Positions 39,771-51,582 of a stretch of 64,000 nt of DNA are shown piece after piece (position 1 is the first letter of the stretch; each line of letters starts with the position of its first letter). This DNA is from Trichoplax sp. H2 (taxonomy: Eukaryota): assembly GCA_003344405.1 (NCBI GenBank), contig NOWV01000011.1:930001-994000 (forward strand), written 5' to 3'. The position numbers and the translations under genes are program-made. The notes beneath the pieces are model-generated. The model saw only the letters and a list, made by a program, of their open reading frames with translations. It was not told the origin of the DNA and searched no databases.

Positions 39771-40961
39771 CACTCTATCGGTTTAGACTTGATGCTATCT
39801 TTGTATACCTTGCACCTTCTAAAATTTACTTGTTAGTAAGGTTATATCTTGTAATTTACCGTTCGCTTCCTATTGCTATTTATCCTACTGATCACTAAAT
39901 CAATAATTCCATTACATGAAGAAAATCACTTATTGTTAACTTCATTATTAGCATTAAATCTCGATCTCGACTGAATAATTTTCTATTGATTTAATAATAT
40001 TGTACACAAATAATGGATGATTATTATGTCTATGTGATGTAATAGAAAATTTACCGCCGATATGAAAGTAAATAAGAACTCTTTTCAGTAATTTAACAAT
40101 TAACTAAGATCGATCTATGACTTCTAATTTGCATAAAAGTTTTTCTGTTTTACACTATTGTGGTCAGATCCTGTTAGTACCAATCTTCCCTGATTTGTTA
40201 TGAATAAATCACTACCGGCGGCAATTTTTAATAAAGGCTTTTCTCTCTTACTGGAAGTTTACTCCATCAGTTGATGACTAATTTGAACTCTAATCACATG
40301 GATTATGTGGGTGTTATTCTAAATTTATTTGAAATGGGCAGGAAGCGAAAGGCCTAGTCGGCTGAAGTTTCTTAGTGGCTTAGTCTATACAACAAATTTT
40401 TTACCATTACTTTTATGATAGACATCAATATATTAGTGTCATATACTGTAACAGACTGTATTCATTACAAACATTTTGGAGACTGGAAAAGATTTTATTT
40501 TACTCCTTGAACCTGTACTATTAGCCATGATAGCTTAGTTAGGAATCATTCACCTTAAAAGAGAATTAGATATTAAGATTACACACCTACGTTAGAATCT
40601 GTTCAATTTTCAAAGATCAATTAATCACCTGCTTTCTTTCGATCATCATAGATAGTTATTTATTCAACTATAATTTGAACGGGGTAGATGCGAATATAGT
40701 GGCAGTTATAGTAAATTGGCAATATAATCTTTGTAAAAGTGGAGTTTTTAAAAGTTTACGTAAAAGCAAAAAGTACACCGAAACTGCGCTATTCAATTAT
40801 GGGAAATACACCTTTTATTCTGAATCGTTCATTCTATATCTAATCTGCCTAGCTACAGCAAGGCTACAGTCTAATCTATCATTACAGATCATTAGACAAA
40901 TTAGTTCTAGCCTTACAATCTATTCTAGGCAATTCTAATAACTTCCAAATTAAGAAGAATA

Positions 40962-41673
40962 ATTATGGTAAGATACTAATGCTACAGTGCCACGTTCAAT
41001 ACTATTACTGCCAAATTAAAATCAAAAATATTTTAAAATTAATGAAATCAAATAAGTCCATCATTACAATCTTGTTAAAGAGATCTAATACAGTAAGAAG
41101 TTTCCGATAATCCAAAAGAATTTGAAAACGATAGGGAATAAACCGAAGATGGCCTATGTCGATTTATGATGTTATTTCATGTCATAGAAAAAACAAGTGT
41201 GAATCGTTATCCATATTTTATGTTCCACTAACAGCGATATTATCCTGTTTTTGCTATAAAGAAACACAATGTACTAATATAAAAATTCGCAAGGAAATCG
41301 TATAATAAATAAACTCTCTGCTATGGCACACCTTATTGGAGTTANNNNNNNNNNNNNNNNNNNNATTATGGTAAGATACTAATGCTACAGTGCCACGTTC
41401 AATACTATTACTGCCAAATTAAAATCAAAAATATTTTAAAATTAATGAAATCAAATAAGTCCATCATTACAATCTTGTTAAAGAGATCTAATACAGTAAG
41501 AAGTTTCATGTCATAGAAAAAACAAGTATGAATCGTTATCCATATTTTATGTTCCACTAACAGCGATATTATCCTGTTTTTGCTATAAAGAAACACCATG
41601 TACTAATATAAAAATTCGCAAGGAAATCGTATAATAAATAAACTCTCTGCTATGGCACACCTTATTGGAGTTA
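40962..41673. repeat. Duplication flanking a 20-N assembly gap (40962-41344 / 41365-41673), probably two haplotypes
   Basis: Near-identical copies abut the N run at 41345-41364. Copy 1 carries 74 extra bp bounded by TTTC microhomology. Confidence 0.85.
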
Positions 41674-42884
41674 GAGTTTTAACGCTATCCAAACAACGGA
41701 TTATCCATATTAAAAGAAAGTACAGCAAGCGTTTATAGGTGGCTTATTACTTTATCTGAAACTCAATTAGATGTAAAAAAAGCTACTGGTACCGATAGAT
41801 AATATTCCTTTCATTAACATCCCTAATTAGATTGTAAATAATAAGACTATCGGACAGAGTGCTTATGTTATCAATTTTAAACTAAATTACTATTAATTAT
41901 CCAGGAAATAGACAATGTTTATTCAATAGGTGCCGTCGGTTATGTATATGCTAGATGACATTGACAGAAATGCTTAAATTCATATTCTATCTAATTTTAG
42001 ATGCTTGTAACGTAGTGACTCAATACGGGAAATTGTTATTTTGTTTTTTCATCAGAGATCATGATTTAATGCACTGATAAATAACAAACCCATGCAGTTT
42101 ATTTATTTACTACCTGTGTCTACTTAGACTGTTCATAGTCCTTGTCATTATATTATTTTACACTATCGCTATTAGTTTAGCTAACAAAACGAGGAATGGA
42201 TCGTCATTATTCGAGTAGCAGCAAATAAAAATTCTGGATAATGGGTTTGGATAGTAATTTCGTTATTTTCAATTACAAAATGATGTTTATGGCCTAATCC
42301 TTTATCAAAGATTAAACTGTAGAGACTAGGTAAACTATAACCTTCTTTATGTCGTTAGAATCTTTTAAGACCAGCATCCACAATATTATATTAACCTTCC
42401 AACATTTGATTAATGGTAAAATGCCTTTTATTTTATTCTATCCAAGGTAATTCAACATACTGTGAAATTTAACTTTAACAGAATGATCGGATGATCTTAT
42501 TATCTAGGGCTAAATTGTGAACAATAATCTAGATTGGATTGTGATTAATTACTAGATAGACTAATCAATAGGACAGGACCGTAATTATAAATAGCAATGC
42601 TAATTCAATGTATTAATCTACTGTTACAGAATAAGCTGTATTGCAGCTACCATGAAAAAGCATTACTTCGTCGATATAATTTCTTATTGTCTGAATTAAA
42701 GTGTAACTGACATATTTGTTGGATCGGAGCCTAGGCTTGAATAAGAGCTAGTCAATATGACCCTGATCAATAGCCTTTAATTATTTTATTACCAATTGCA
42801 ATGCTAATCCTATGTCGTTACAATAACTAGCATTAAATCTTGCAAACATGAATAATAACCTTAGTAAATGTATGCGCTTTTACG

Positions 42885-45880
42885 TCAGATATTCTTGCCG
42901 GTAAGTGCAATTTTCACTAGTTTAGACAAAGGTTTATATTCGAGACCTCTTGTACAGAATAACCTATAGCCTCTTCTATAGTGTATCAGATTAGCTAATA
43001 GTATTTCAGATGTTTCTTTCTCGGTTGCTAGAGGAATTTTGAAGTATCTTAGTGTTAGAGTAGTACCAATGAATAGGATAGGTGTGTTAGCAGCAGCAGT
43101 AGTCAATGATGTGAAAGACCAGGAATGAGAATGAAGCAATAGCGTTAAAAGAAATGTCAGAAATAATCCTGTAATAATCAGGAAGTTTACGACAACTGAC
43201 CATAAGTTAAGGGACACTGTAGGAGCGTAATACCGTAAATAATGAAAAAGCTCTAACGGAATCCCAGAATAACGCGCACTATTGATCCTTGTAATGTCAT
43301 AAAATGTTTTCACTAATCTTTCACGATGGGTGTCGATAGAGGTATTTTGTAAGTGTGCACTAATCTCTGTCAATAAATTATCTTTACCTTCACTATTAGC
43401 ACACAGAATAGGATAGTTCTCATTTTCAGGTAGTGTTACCTCAATAATTGTACTGCCATCTCTTCTATAATTTAGGACCATCTGGGACATTCCAACATTG
43501 ATTTCAAATCTATGGTCTTCAACAAGACGTCGTATATAGTTTTGAATTGTAATTTCGATTACAGTTCCCTTTAACATTTCCGGTACATCAACTTCTATAG
43601 CATTATTACTACCAACTAAGAAATCAATTATTAACTTTCCATTTTCTGCATTGAGTATCTTATCAACTTCCTGCTCCACGGCTGAGTCTAACTTCATAAT
43701 AAGTAGTGGTAGTGAGTGTAATTTTTCTGTATAATCATCCAAGTAGGCAATTACGACGTACAAATACGGAATAATCACAACAATAGCGACACTAAAGTAG
43801 ACGGAATAAGTTATAATAAATGTTGTTACAGTAATGATAATACGAAAGAAGGCTTGAAAAATAATCCAAAATTGGAATACTGTTATAACAGAATAGCAGA
43901 AAGCTATCAAAAATAAAACTGGTGCCAGAATGCAATTCAGTACTTTCAATTTGGAGTTGATAGGGAGAAGATGATATTTTAAGCGCAATGTCAATACCTC
44001 CGTTAAAAATATCACAATGGGGATGACAGCGCTTGATTTAGTTAAAAAAAATGGTAGATAGACCAAAACTTGTATTAAATTATTGAAGAATACCACTATC
44101 TTCAATGATAATAAATTTTTCGTCAAATCCGTTATCATATTCTTAAATTGTAAATTTGTTCGCCCAGCGCTCATTGGCGCTAAATATCTATCTTGAGGTA
44201 AAAGTCTGCTTCTATCTTGCCTTTCAGGTTGATGAAGGCAAATTAATTGCTTTAGGTGTGTTATTATAATGATTATGGTAGCAAATAAATGTAATATACC
44301 AGCAGGCACGGTAGCAGCTGTTATAGAAGGCGGTATAGCAACACCGTAAATTTCTGGAACAATCATAAACGCTGATGGATAGATTTGCATCACCAAGGCT
44401 GCATAACCGAATGCAGTTAGCGCGAGCCATAAGATTAAATAGAAGAAGCAGTAATAGGCATGTTTCCAACATGCTCTAGTTGAGCTACCTTGAACGTAGA
44501 AGTATTCGATAGTCTCTAGCCGTAAAGTGTTCAAAATATGGATATGAACAGAATCCATTTTAAAATTTCTAGGAAGGAATAGATCCAACCGAACATAAAA
44601 TAGGAGATAAAAAGCGAATTAGCTGTTATGGTATGCGCCAAAAATACTCTAGAACATGATTGTGAAATAACTACAGCACATATCGAAAATTATTCATTCC
44701 TACTTTTGCACTTAAATATAAAGATATGGCAGAATCAACAATTCTATATGATACTTGCTTAATTTGAGATGTTGTCATGATTTAAAATTCAAAACATTCA
44801 AATCTTTCCGTTGCTAAGTTAATATTTAATAGCTGTGCAGTAAAGTGAAAAAGACAGTACGGCACTTTCCTGTCGCCTCAATATTAACAGAAAGTAATAC
44901 TGGACTAGCTCAATTTCGCTCCTTTCTATATTGCTTGCTTAATCTATAACGACTACGTCATCATTTAATGATAAAAAAATAAATTTGAAATTGCTACTAT
45001 TAAGAATTTTTATTCATTCCAATTAAAAGTATTTCTATTGGTAATTAAAATAGTATCGATAAGGTAATAAGACAGACTTTAATATTTATTAGAGCTGAGG
45101 CTATTAATTATCACGTTACTGTTAGAATCATTTTCCTTTCGTTTACCTCTCCAATGTACCCATGTACATATTGAAAATTTTAACTAACAGAGCGGCACCC
45201 ATTGGGATGGTAAGAAAAATAATGAGGAATTTCAGGAATGGCGCATACCATTTCACTTCTTCAAGAAGTAGACATCGTTGAACATCTACAGGTAATCCTG
45301 GAAAATCTAAATCACAACATGAATATCGAACTTCTTCATGAGCAGTTCTTTCGGTAGCCATGAAACTTCTTCTGCATATATTACCGCAATACCTTCCGGT
45401 ACAGTTGTTGGTTAATCGAGTAAAATTAATTAATGTTTTGAATAAAATAATCGGTTTACTCGGTAGGACCGTCGCGTTTTTAAAGCATCCCTTAGTTGAT
45501 TCTACCAGTTTAATTTTCATACTTGATGTAAAAACTGTGTAAATACTAAGGCCAGTGGTTATATAATAAGATGGCAAAGTAAAAATGGCCTCACCCTGAT
45601 CTTGTTTTACCCACGCATAGAAAACTCCATGCTCTATGAATTGAAGGTGTTGATCCCCAATGTAAATCTTGAAAAATAGGACCTGATTCCACGATAACCT
45701 CGTTGCTTTAACAAAGTTCGCATAGGCTATGGTCTCGTTAACAACGGTAAGTTGGCAACGAGACTCAGATCTTGCAGCAATGGGCTGCAAAAATAGTGCA
45801 AAGCAGATGAGAATAAGCATCTGCCTTACGGCTATCCATTGGATAGGCGATCGGTGATTGCTAGAGCACTCAAATACCAT
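42885..45880 (-). CDS. Uncharacterised multipass membrane protein (copy B, ~785-805 aa depending on start). Exons 45880 (or 45820)-45147, 44568-42885
   Basis: Donor GAG AG|GTAAAC and acceptor ttcctag|A AAT TTT (phase 2, in frame). Signal peptide MLILICFALFLQPIAA and the same family motifs. Confidence 0.88.
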
Positions 45881-47185
45881 AGCTGATAGCAAAGATAACG
45901 AAAACGATTTAGGCAAATAATATAATCAAGAAATTACACCAGCTTAAATACTTCCCATTCAAAAGCTTGAATACTATTTGTGCTGCCATTCATTCGTACA
46001 ATCATATTTTCTATCGACTCTGAACTTATCATTGATGCCTGAATGTGATTTGTTTGACATCCATCAGTACCATCGGTTTCTATTGAATCGTTATTTTGAA
46101 TTCAAACATAGTATAACAAAGCTGAAATATAATATGATAGAATTATTCCTCATGAACTTATAAAGAATTTAATACAGTGATTTAAATTTAGAGATTAGAA
46201 TGGGTGACATTAGGGAGCCAATCTTAAATTCAATATGCAGACAATTATGGTACATTGAATACGAATAAGCATTTGTTTAGTCTTGATTCCCTTTCCGTGC
46301 TATTCATCTCCCATTGCTATCAGTAAAGCAACTAATCAATCTATTACTCAATTGATAATATCTTGAATATTAAGTGTCGTACGGTAAATAAAATGAATGT
46401 TGTCAGATTGATAGTTATAGTCTATCAAAAGATATTATGCGAGTATTATTTAAGTTAAGAGTCCTATTTTTTTATGTTCAACGAGAATTTGATTCATAAA
46501 TTGTTTCCAACAGATTGTAAAACTTTTGTTTAACAATTCTATGGTACGGCTTTGGCCATAATAGTATAAGTTCGTATGAAATAAATGCTGTAATAGATGA
46601 CTGCTGTTTTTTTGCCTTAAACTATCAAACACTTGCTTACCTGAAATCTGAACTAATCTCTAGTTTAACCACTTCAATGAGTCCGTTAATTGCCCGAACT
46701 AATACATAAACATAAATTGACATTGTTTCAATCTTTCCTGAAATCATAATAGATAAAGTGGATATCCATAAATTTTAAAGTACCTTGTGAAACCATGTTA
46801 CAGTTAATAAAGAAAAGTCATTTCTGAATATTATCACTACGTGGTATACTAATCGACCGCTAGGCATATCTTAGGTTAAATTATAAATTATCCAATGAAT
46901 TACAAGCACGTTATGAATTAAAGAAAATTCTTAGCTAATAAGCACTAGAATACAACTCGATTACTTAACGGAAACAAATAAAGAGATATTGAATACAAAT
47001 ATATGAAATTATGATTGCAAATACGACAATTACATTTCTATCTTTCTTAAAACTAAAAGATTGTGCTTCAGTGGTTGGTAGATTGTTATTATCATTAATG
47101 ATAACGACAAGACATCGATTGATTATTCATTAGGTTGTTCAGAATTTGCTCGCTGAGCCTTTTATTGTCTATAAACCTGTATAAG

Positions 47186-48340
47186 TTATATGCTGTCTGG
47201 GTTTGGGGTGAAATTTAAGCGGTTAAAATAAGCTGCTTGTGTCATTTGAGATACAGGTTTGAAGTTAATTCCGACAGTACAAAATAACCGATATCCTTGT
47301 GCTTATCGAATCAAGCTATTTAATATCACTTTCTTGGTAGTCTTATCGTCCACTTAGGTTATTTTTAAATATTTTAACGATAGCGAAGTGACAACGTAAA
47401 AGATCGGTGATAGCCGATAGTAGCTCTTAAAGATTCGATTGTCCAAGAATTAGAATGGAGTGCGATGGTAAGAACCACAATGATAAATAATTCGTTCGCA
47501 ATAATAAGGTTAAACTTTATTTCCCAAAGATTGAGAAAAACCATGGAGCATAATATCTTACGTAAGAATATAACTCATTCCTTTGTCGAAAGTTAGATCA
47601 TGAGCTTATTCGATAATAATTCATTTTATCGATACTCAGCTATCGTAGGAGTATAATTTTCATCTTTGACGATAGTATTGTATGTGTATTGCAGCGAAAT
47701 AACGAATTTCAAACATAATGTCTCTTCGTCGTCAAAAAATTTTTCTCGATGTATTTCTTCAGCCTATGAACAAGACAGCTATTGCTCTTGATTTATTCTA
47801 GCTGCTCTGCTAATGTCAAGAGACTAAACATGCATATTTTACTCAAATTTATAAACATCGCGGTAAATTCACGTTTGCCTTACGCCTAATGGCTTTATTT
47901 ATATAACATATTATCCTTATAAGAATTTCTTTCACGACAAGAAAATTCTTACAAGCATGAAAAGAATTATTATCCATAAGTACACAACCGGACAATTGGA
48001 TCGCATTTTCAACAAATATATATATAAAATGTAGCTCTTACCAACGTTTTACAGCTTGTTTGATAATTTAAAAGTATTTGGTCTGTAAAAATGTAGTAAC
48101 CATTTTCATATCTTTGTCATATGAATTTGTCACAACGAGATGTGTAGAACCGAAGTGATTTGTAAAGATTATACTTTATAATAATAATAGCTTGCATTTC
48201 TAAGTATAATACCTAATGCTGTTAAACATCACAAGATTATGCTTATTCGACAGAAAGTGCCTCTTAAAGCCATACATGCACGTAATGTATTTCGGTATTA
48301 CATATAATGGTCACAACTGATGGTTTCTAGGACGGTGTTT
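47186..48340 (-). pseudogene. Heavily decayed exon 2 of the membrane family (copy A); 5' boundary approximate
   Basis: Minus strand: ELYSYVRYYAP..LNLWEIKFNLII...LHSNSWT...PIFYVVTSLSLKYLKIT*VDDKTTKKVILNSLIR*AQGYRLFCTVGINFKPVSQM. Weaker upstream traces (LETI, LTALG). Not in the ORF track. Confidence 0.8.
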
Positions 48341-48551
48341 TTGTTAAAATATTATCATTACATTGCATTCATCTCTTAAGTAGAGAGCTCTCATACACAA
48401 GTGTACTTAATTCAAAGCAAAAGAGTTCTTGTGATAACAACAGAAGCGAAAATCTTGATATCACTTAAATATTGCAAAATAAGGTAGTCGATTTTTGTAG
48501 AATGCAATAAGCCGTATAAGTTTTCTTCATTTCTCGGACTATTAACAAAAG

Positions 48552-49307
48552 CTAATTGTTACCGTCTGAGGAATACGAGCTCTGTAAGATCTCTTCTGTA
48601 ACATCCTTATTGCCTTGTTTTGGATCCGTAATTCTTATAATCTTCTTTTTACGTACTGGAGGATTTTTTTCCTTTACAATGTTGTTCATGATAGGGGCTG
48701 ATTGTAAGCGCTGCTGTTGTTGTTGCTGTTGTGGTTGTGAGACCATGTTGGAAGGATTGATAGGATTGGAATTAGCTGCATAAGAAGGCCCAAGCCCATT
48801 CCTGATTGCTTCGGTGTACTGACCATTAACCGGCATCATAGCAATGCGAGTGTTAGCGTTTATAACTGGTCGGTAGATCTGTGGTCTTGGAACCGTTGTC
48901 AAATAACCATAAGCTGAAGGAGAAGTTGCACCAGTTGCATGGTGCATTGGCTGATGAGCAACAGGAGTAGCTACTACTGGTGCACTACCGATAGTAGCTG
49001 GCATATAACGCGGGCGTATCATCACACTAGTCGGAGGAAGAAGGCGATGAGCTTGTGATTTAGCATATACATTATTTCCGCTAGGGTTAGCATATGCTAA
49101 GAATCGATCTCCTTCGTTAACACGCAAGCCATGTTCACGTCGTTGTAGCACTGGAAGGATAACGGCATTATTCATTGGTGGAGGTAATGGTGGCGGCGGT
49201 GGACGTGATTGTGGCCTCATGATCGGCTGCCCAACAATTTGTACCGATTCTTGAGGTAGAGGCGACAACGCGTAACTATATGCGTAATGCGGCTTGCTAG
49301 TAGCCAT
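48552..49307 (-). CDS. Pro/Gln-rich protein resembling the eIF4G N-terminus with its PABP-binding motif; truncated, no MIF4G found
   Basis: RKKKIIRITDPKQGNKDVTEEIL matches the eIF4G PABP-binding segment (human [24 protein letters not shown]). The ORF ends just after it, at a possible donor GAC G|GTAAC. Confidence 0.7.
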   Translation of the reverse strand: MATSKPHYAYSYALSPLPQESVQIVGQPIMRPQSRPPPPPLPPPMNNAVILPVLQRREHGLRVNEGDRFLAYANPSGNNVYAKSQAHRLLPPTSVMIRPRYMPATIGSAPVVATPVAHQPMHHATGATSPSAYGYLTTVPRPQIYRPVINANTRIAMMPVNGQYTEAIRNGLGPSYAANSNPINPSNMVSQPQQQQQQQRLQSAPIMNNIVKEKNPPVRKKKIIRITDPKQGNKDVTEEILQSSYSSDGNN

Positions 49308-49689
49308 ACTTGCTACCTAATGTCTTCATATGCTATAGAAAGTTAAACTTGATTGTCATAAAGTATTAAAGCGCTTCCGCTTCCAACTTTTACAGCAACT
49401 CCAGTAGCGGACTAACGCCAGCACTATCTGAGATAGCTGCCTGCTAAGAAATTACATCAGGAAAACGGTAATGAATATAAAATTTCGAACTTTTATTAAA
49501 AGCCGTACATCATATAAGTATTATTGGATATACCAATATATGCATAAAATTTGTTTTACGCGACATTATACGGTATAGTTATCCTATTGAATTATTTACC
49601 AACTAAAACAGAGGTTTACTGCAAGTCGTTCTATTTAATCATCGACACTTGAAGATTCATTTAGGATGTCAAAAAGAATTGTTGCAAGT

Positions 49690-50125
49690 TTTCCTACTAT
49701 GGAAGGGTAATTTGCAATGTAAGATTTGCTATGAGTTTATCCTTCATAGACATTGAAGGGTAATTTACAATGGCAGAAAGATTTGCTACTAATCCTTTAA
49801 CTATCGTCATTAAAAGGGGTAACTTACATTCTAATAGAACGTAAGAATGGCTTTGATGGTCTTTTCTATTATGGACATTGAAGGGAAGTTAGCATAGAAA
49901 AAGATTTGCTACTAGTCCTTCTATTATCGATATTAAAGGGTGATTTAGAATGGTTAAAGGATTTGCTACTAGTCCTTTCATTATTGATATTGAAGAGTAA
50001 TTTATAATGGAATGTAAGAAAGACTGTGAAGATCTTTCTATTACCGACATTGGAAGGTAATTTAAATGTAATCTAAGAAAGATTTTGATGGTCTTTCCAT
50101 TATCGACATTGAAGAATAATACAAT
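49690..50125. repeat. Degenerate tandem repeat, ~55-60 bp unit
   Basis: Recurrent GACATTGAAGGGTAATTT...AAAGATTTGCTACTAGTCCTTT..ATTATC. Confidence 0.8.
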
Positions 50126-51171
50126 TAGAATGTAATAGTATTCTGGTATAGCATTATTCCGTTCCCAAATCCTCATTTAAAGATGAGCTTTATATTACAT
50201 CGGTGTGGATAAGAAATTATAGTATGAACAACAATGACCAGGATAAACTAATTATTTCAAGCAGGAAATATGACGAGATACTTAAACTACAATAGCGATT
50301 CGATAAAGTGTAATGCATCAAATGCGGCAATTAGCGACAACATGAAAAGATTTTGTATGTCAGCATACGTTGAATAACTACAAACTACTGTACTACATTT
50401 CAATATTGTAAACTATTTGATGGTCAAATAAACTGTCTAGAAAATTTGATCCATAATATTGATCAGACTATTCCTTAATCAAGACTATCAAACTGCTTCT
50501 TTCCTTATATATATATATGTGCTATTTAAATAAGCTACAGCAAATTAGAGCGTGAATGATTCCCTATATAATAGTCGTTACTGCAATCTGAACAATCTTC
50601 GATAGAAATTGGAAACGATACTCAGAAAATCAATCTCTACCAGTTAAAGGTAAGTTGTAGTCATCATGGTTTTTTACCTTAAGGTTGGACTTTACACTGC
50701 TGTACAAGTACTCCCTACACTGTTAGATTGCACTATAAACTACCAGAAACTAATTATAGTGTAGAAACCAAGAAACTTATACTGACAGCTAAAAAGTGGT
50801 ATACAGAGAAGTGAGACTTACAGACTAAAAGTTAAATTAATGTCATAGTACTTGTTAGTCATTCCTACTGTGCTCTTTCTTGACTACAATCAGGGACTAC
50901 TCGAAAGAAGAGAAAGGGAGACAGGACACGATCGTTGACGATATGGAGGCCGATTTTTTTGCTAGTTATTTCAACTATACTGACCATCGGTAATTATGGG
51001 CTATACTGTACACGACAGGCTGCAAATTAGCTGCCAAGTTGGTTTAAATGACAGCAAGCCGTTCCTGTTATAATGTGTGGAGACTATGACGATTAGTAAC
51101 ATACAATAATTAGCCACAGACGGCAATTATTTATTTTTACCGCAAAACCACGGTGTAGTTTGTCAAGGATA

Positions 51172-51582
51172 AAGAATAAGAATATACTCGTATACTCCTA
51201 GCTTTAGCCGTGGACCAGTGCCGGTAGTTGAGCACAAGTCTTGCAATAGTACGGTATCCCACTAGCTTGTCATTTAGTTAGGCAGAAGGGTGATTAAATA
51301 AAACTTGAGTAGTGAAATAAAATAATAAGAATATACTCGTATACTCCTAGCCTTTGCCGTAAACCAGTACCGGTAGTTGAGCACAGGTCTTGCAATAGTA
51401 CGGTATCCCACTAGCTTGCCATTTAATTAGGCAGAAGGGTGATTAAATAAAACTTGAGTAGTGAAATAAAATAATAAAAATATACTCGTATACTCCTAGC
51501 CTTTGCCGTGGACCAGTGCCGGTAGTTGAGCACAAGTCTTGCAATAGTACGGCATCCACTACTAGCTTGTAATTTAATTAGA
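51172..51582. repeat. Tandem repeat, ~2.7 copies of a ~150 bp unit
   Basis: AATATACTCGTATACTCCTAGC...CCGTGGACCAGTGCCGGTAGTTGAGCACAAGTCTTGCAATAGTACGGTATCCCACTAGCTTG occurs three times. Confidence 0.92.

Noticed and set aside
29594-45916. Reading the short/long ORF pairs as a two-gene operon-like ligand-receptor module
   Set aside because: Conserved in-frame phase-2 splice sites in all copies indicate a single two-exon gene.
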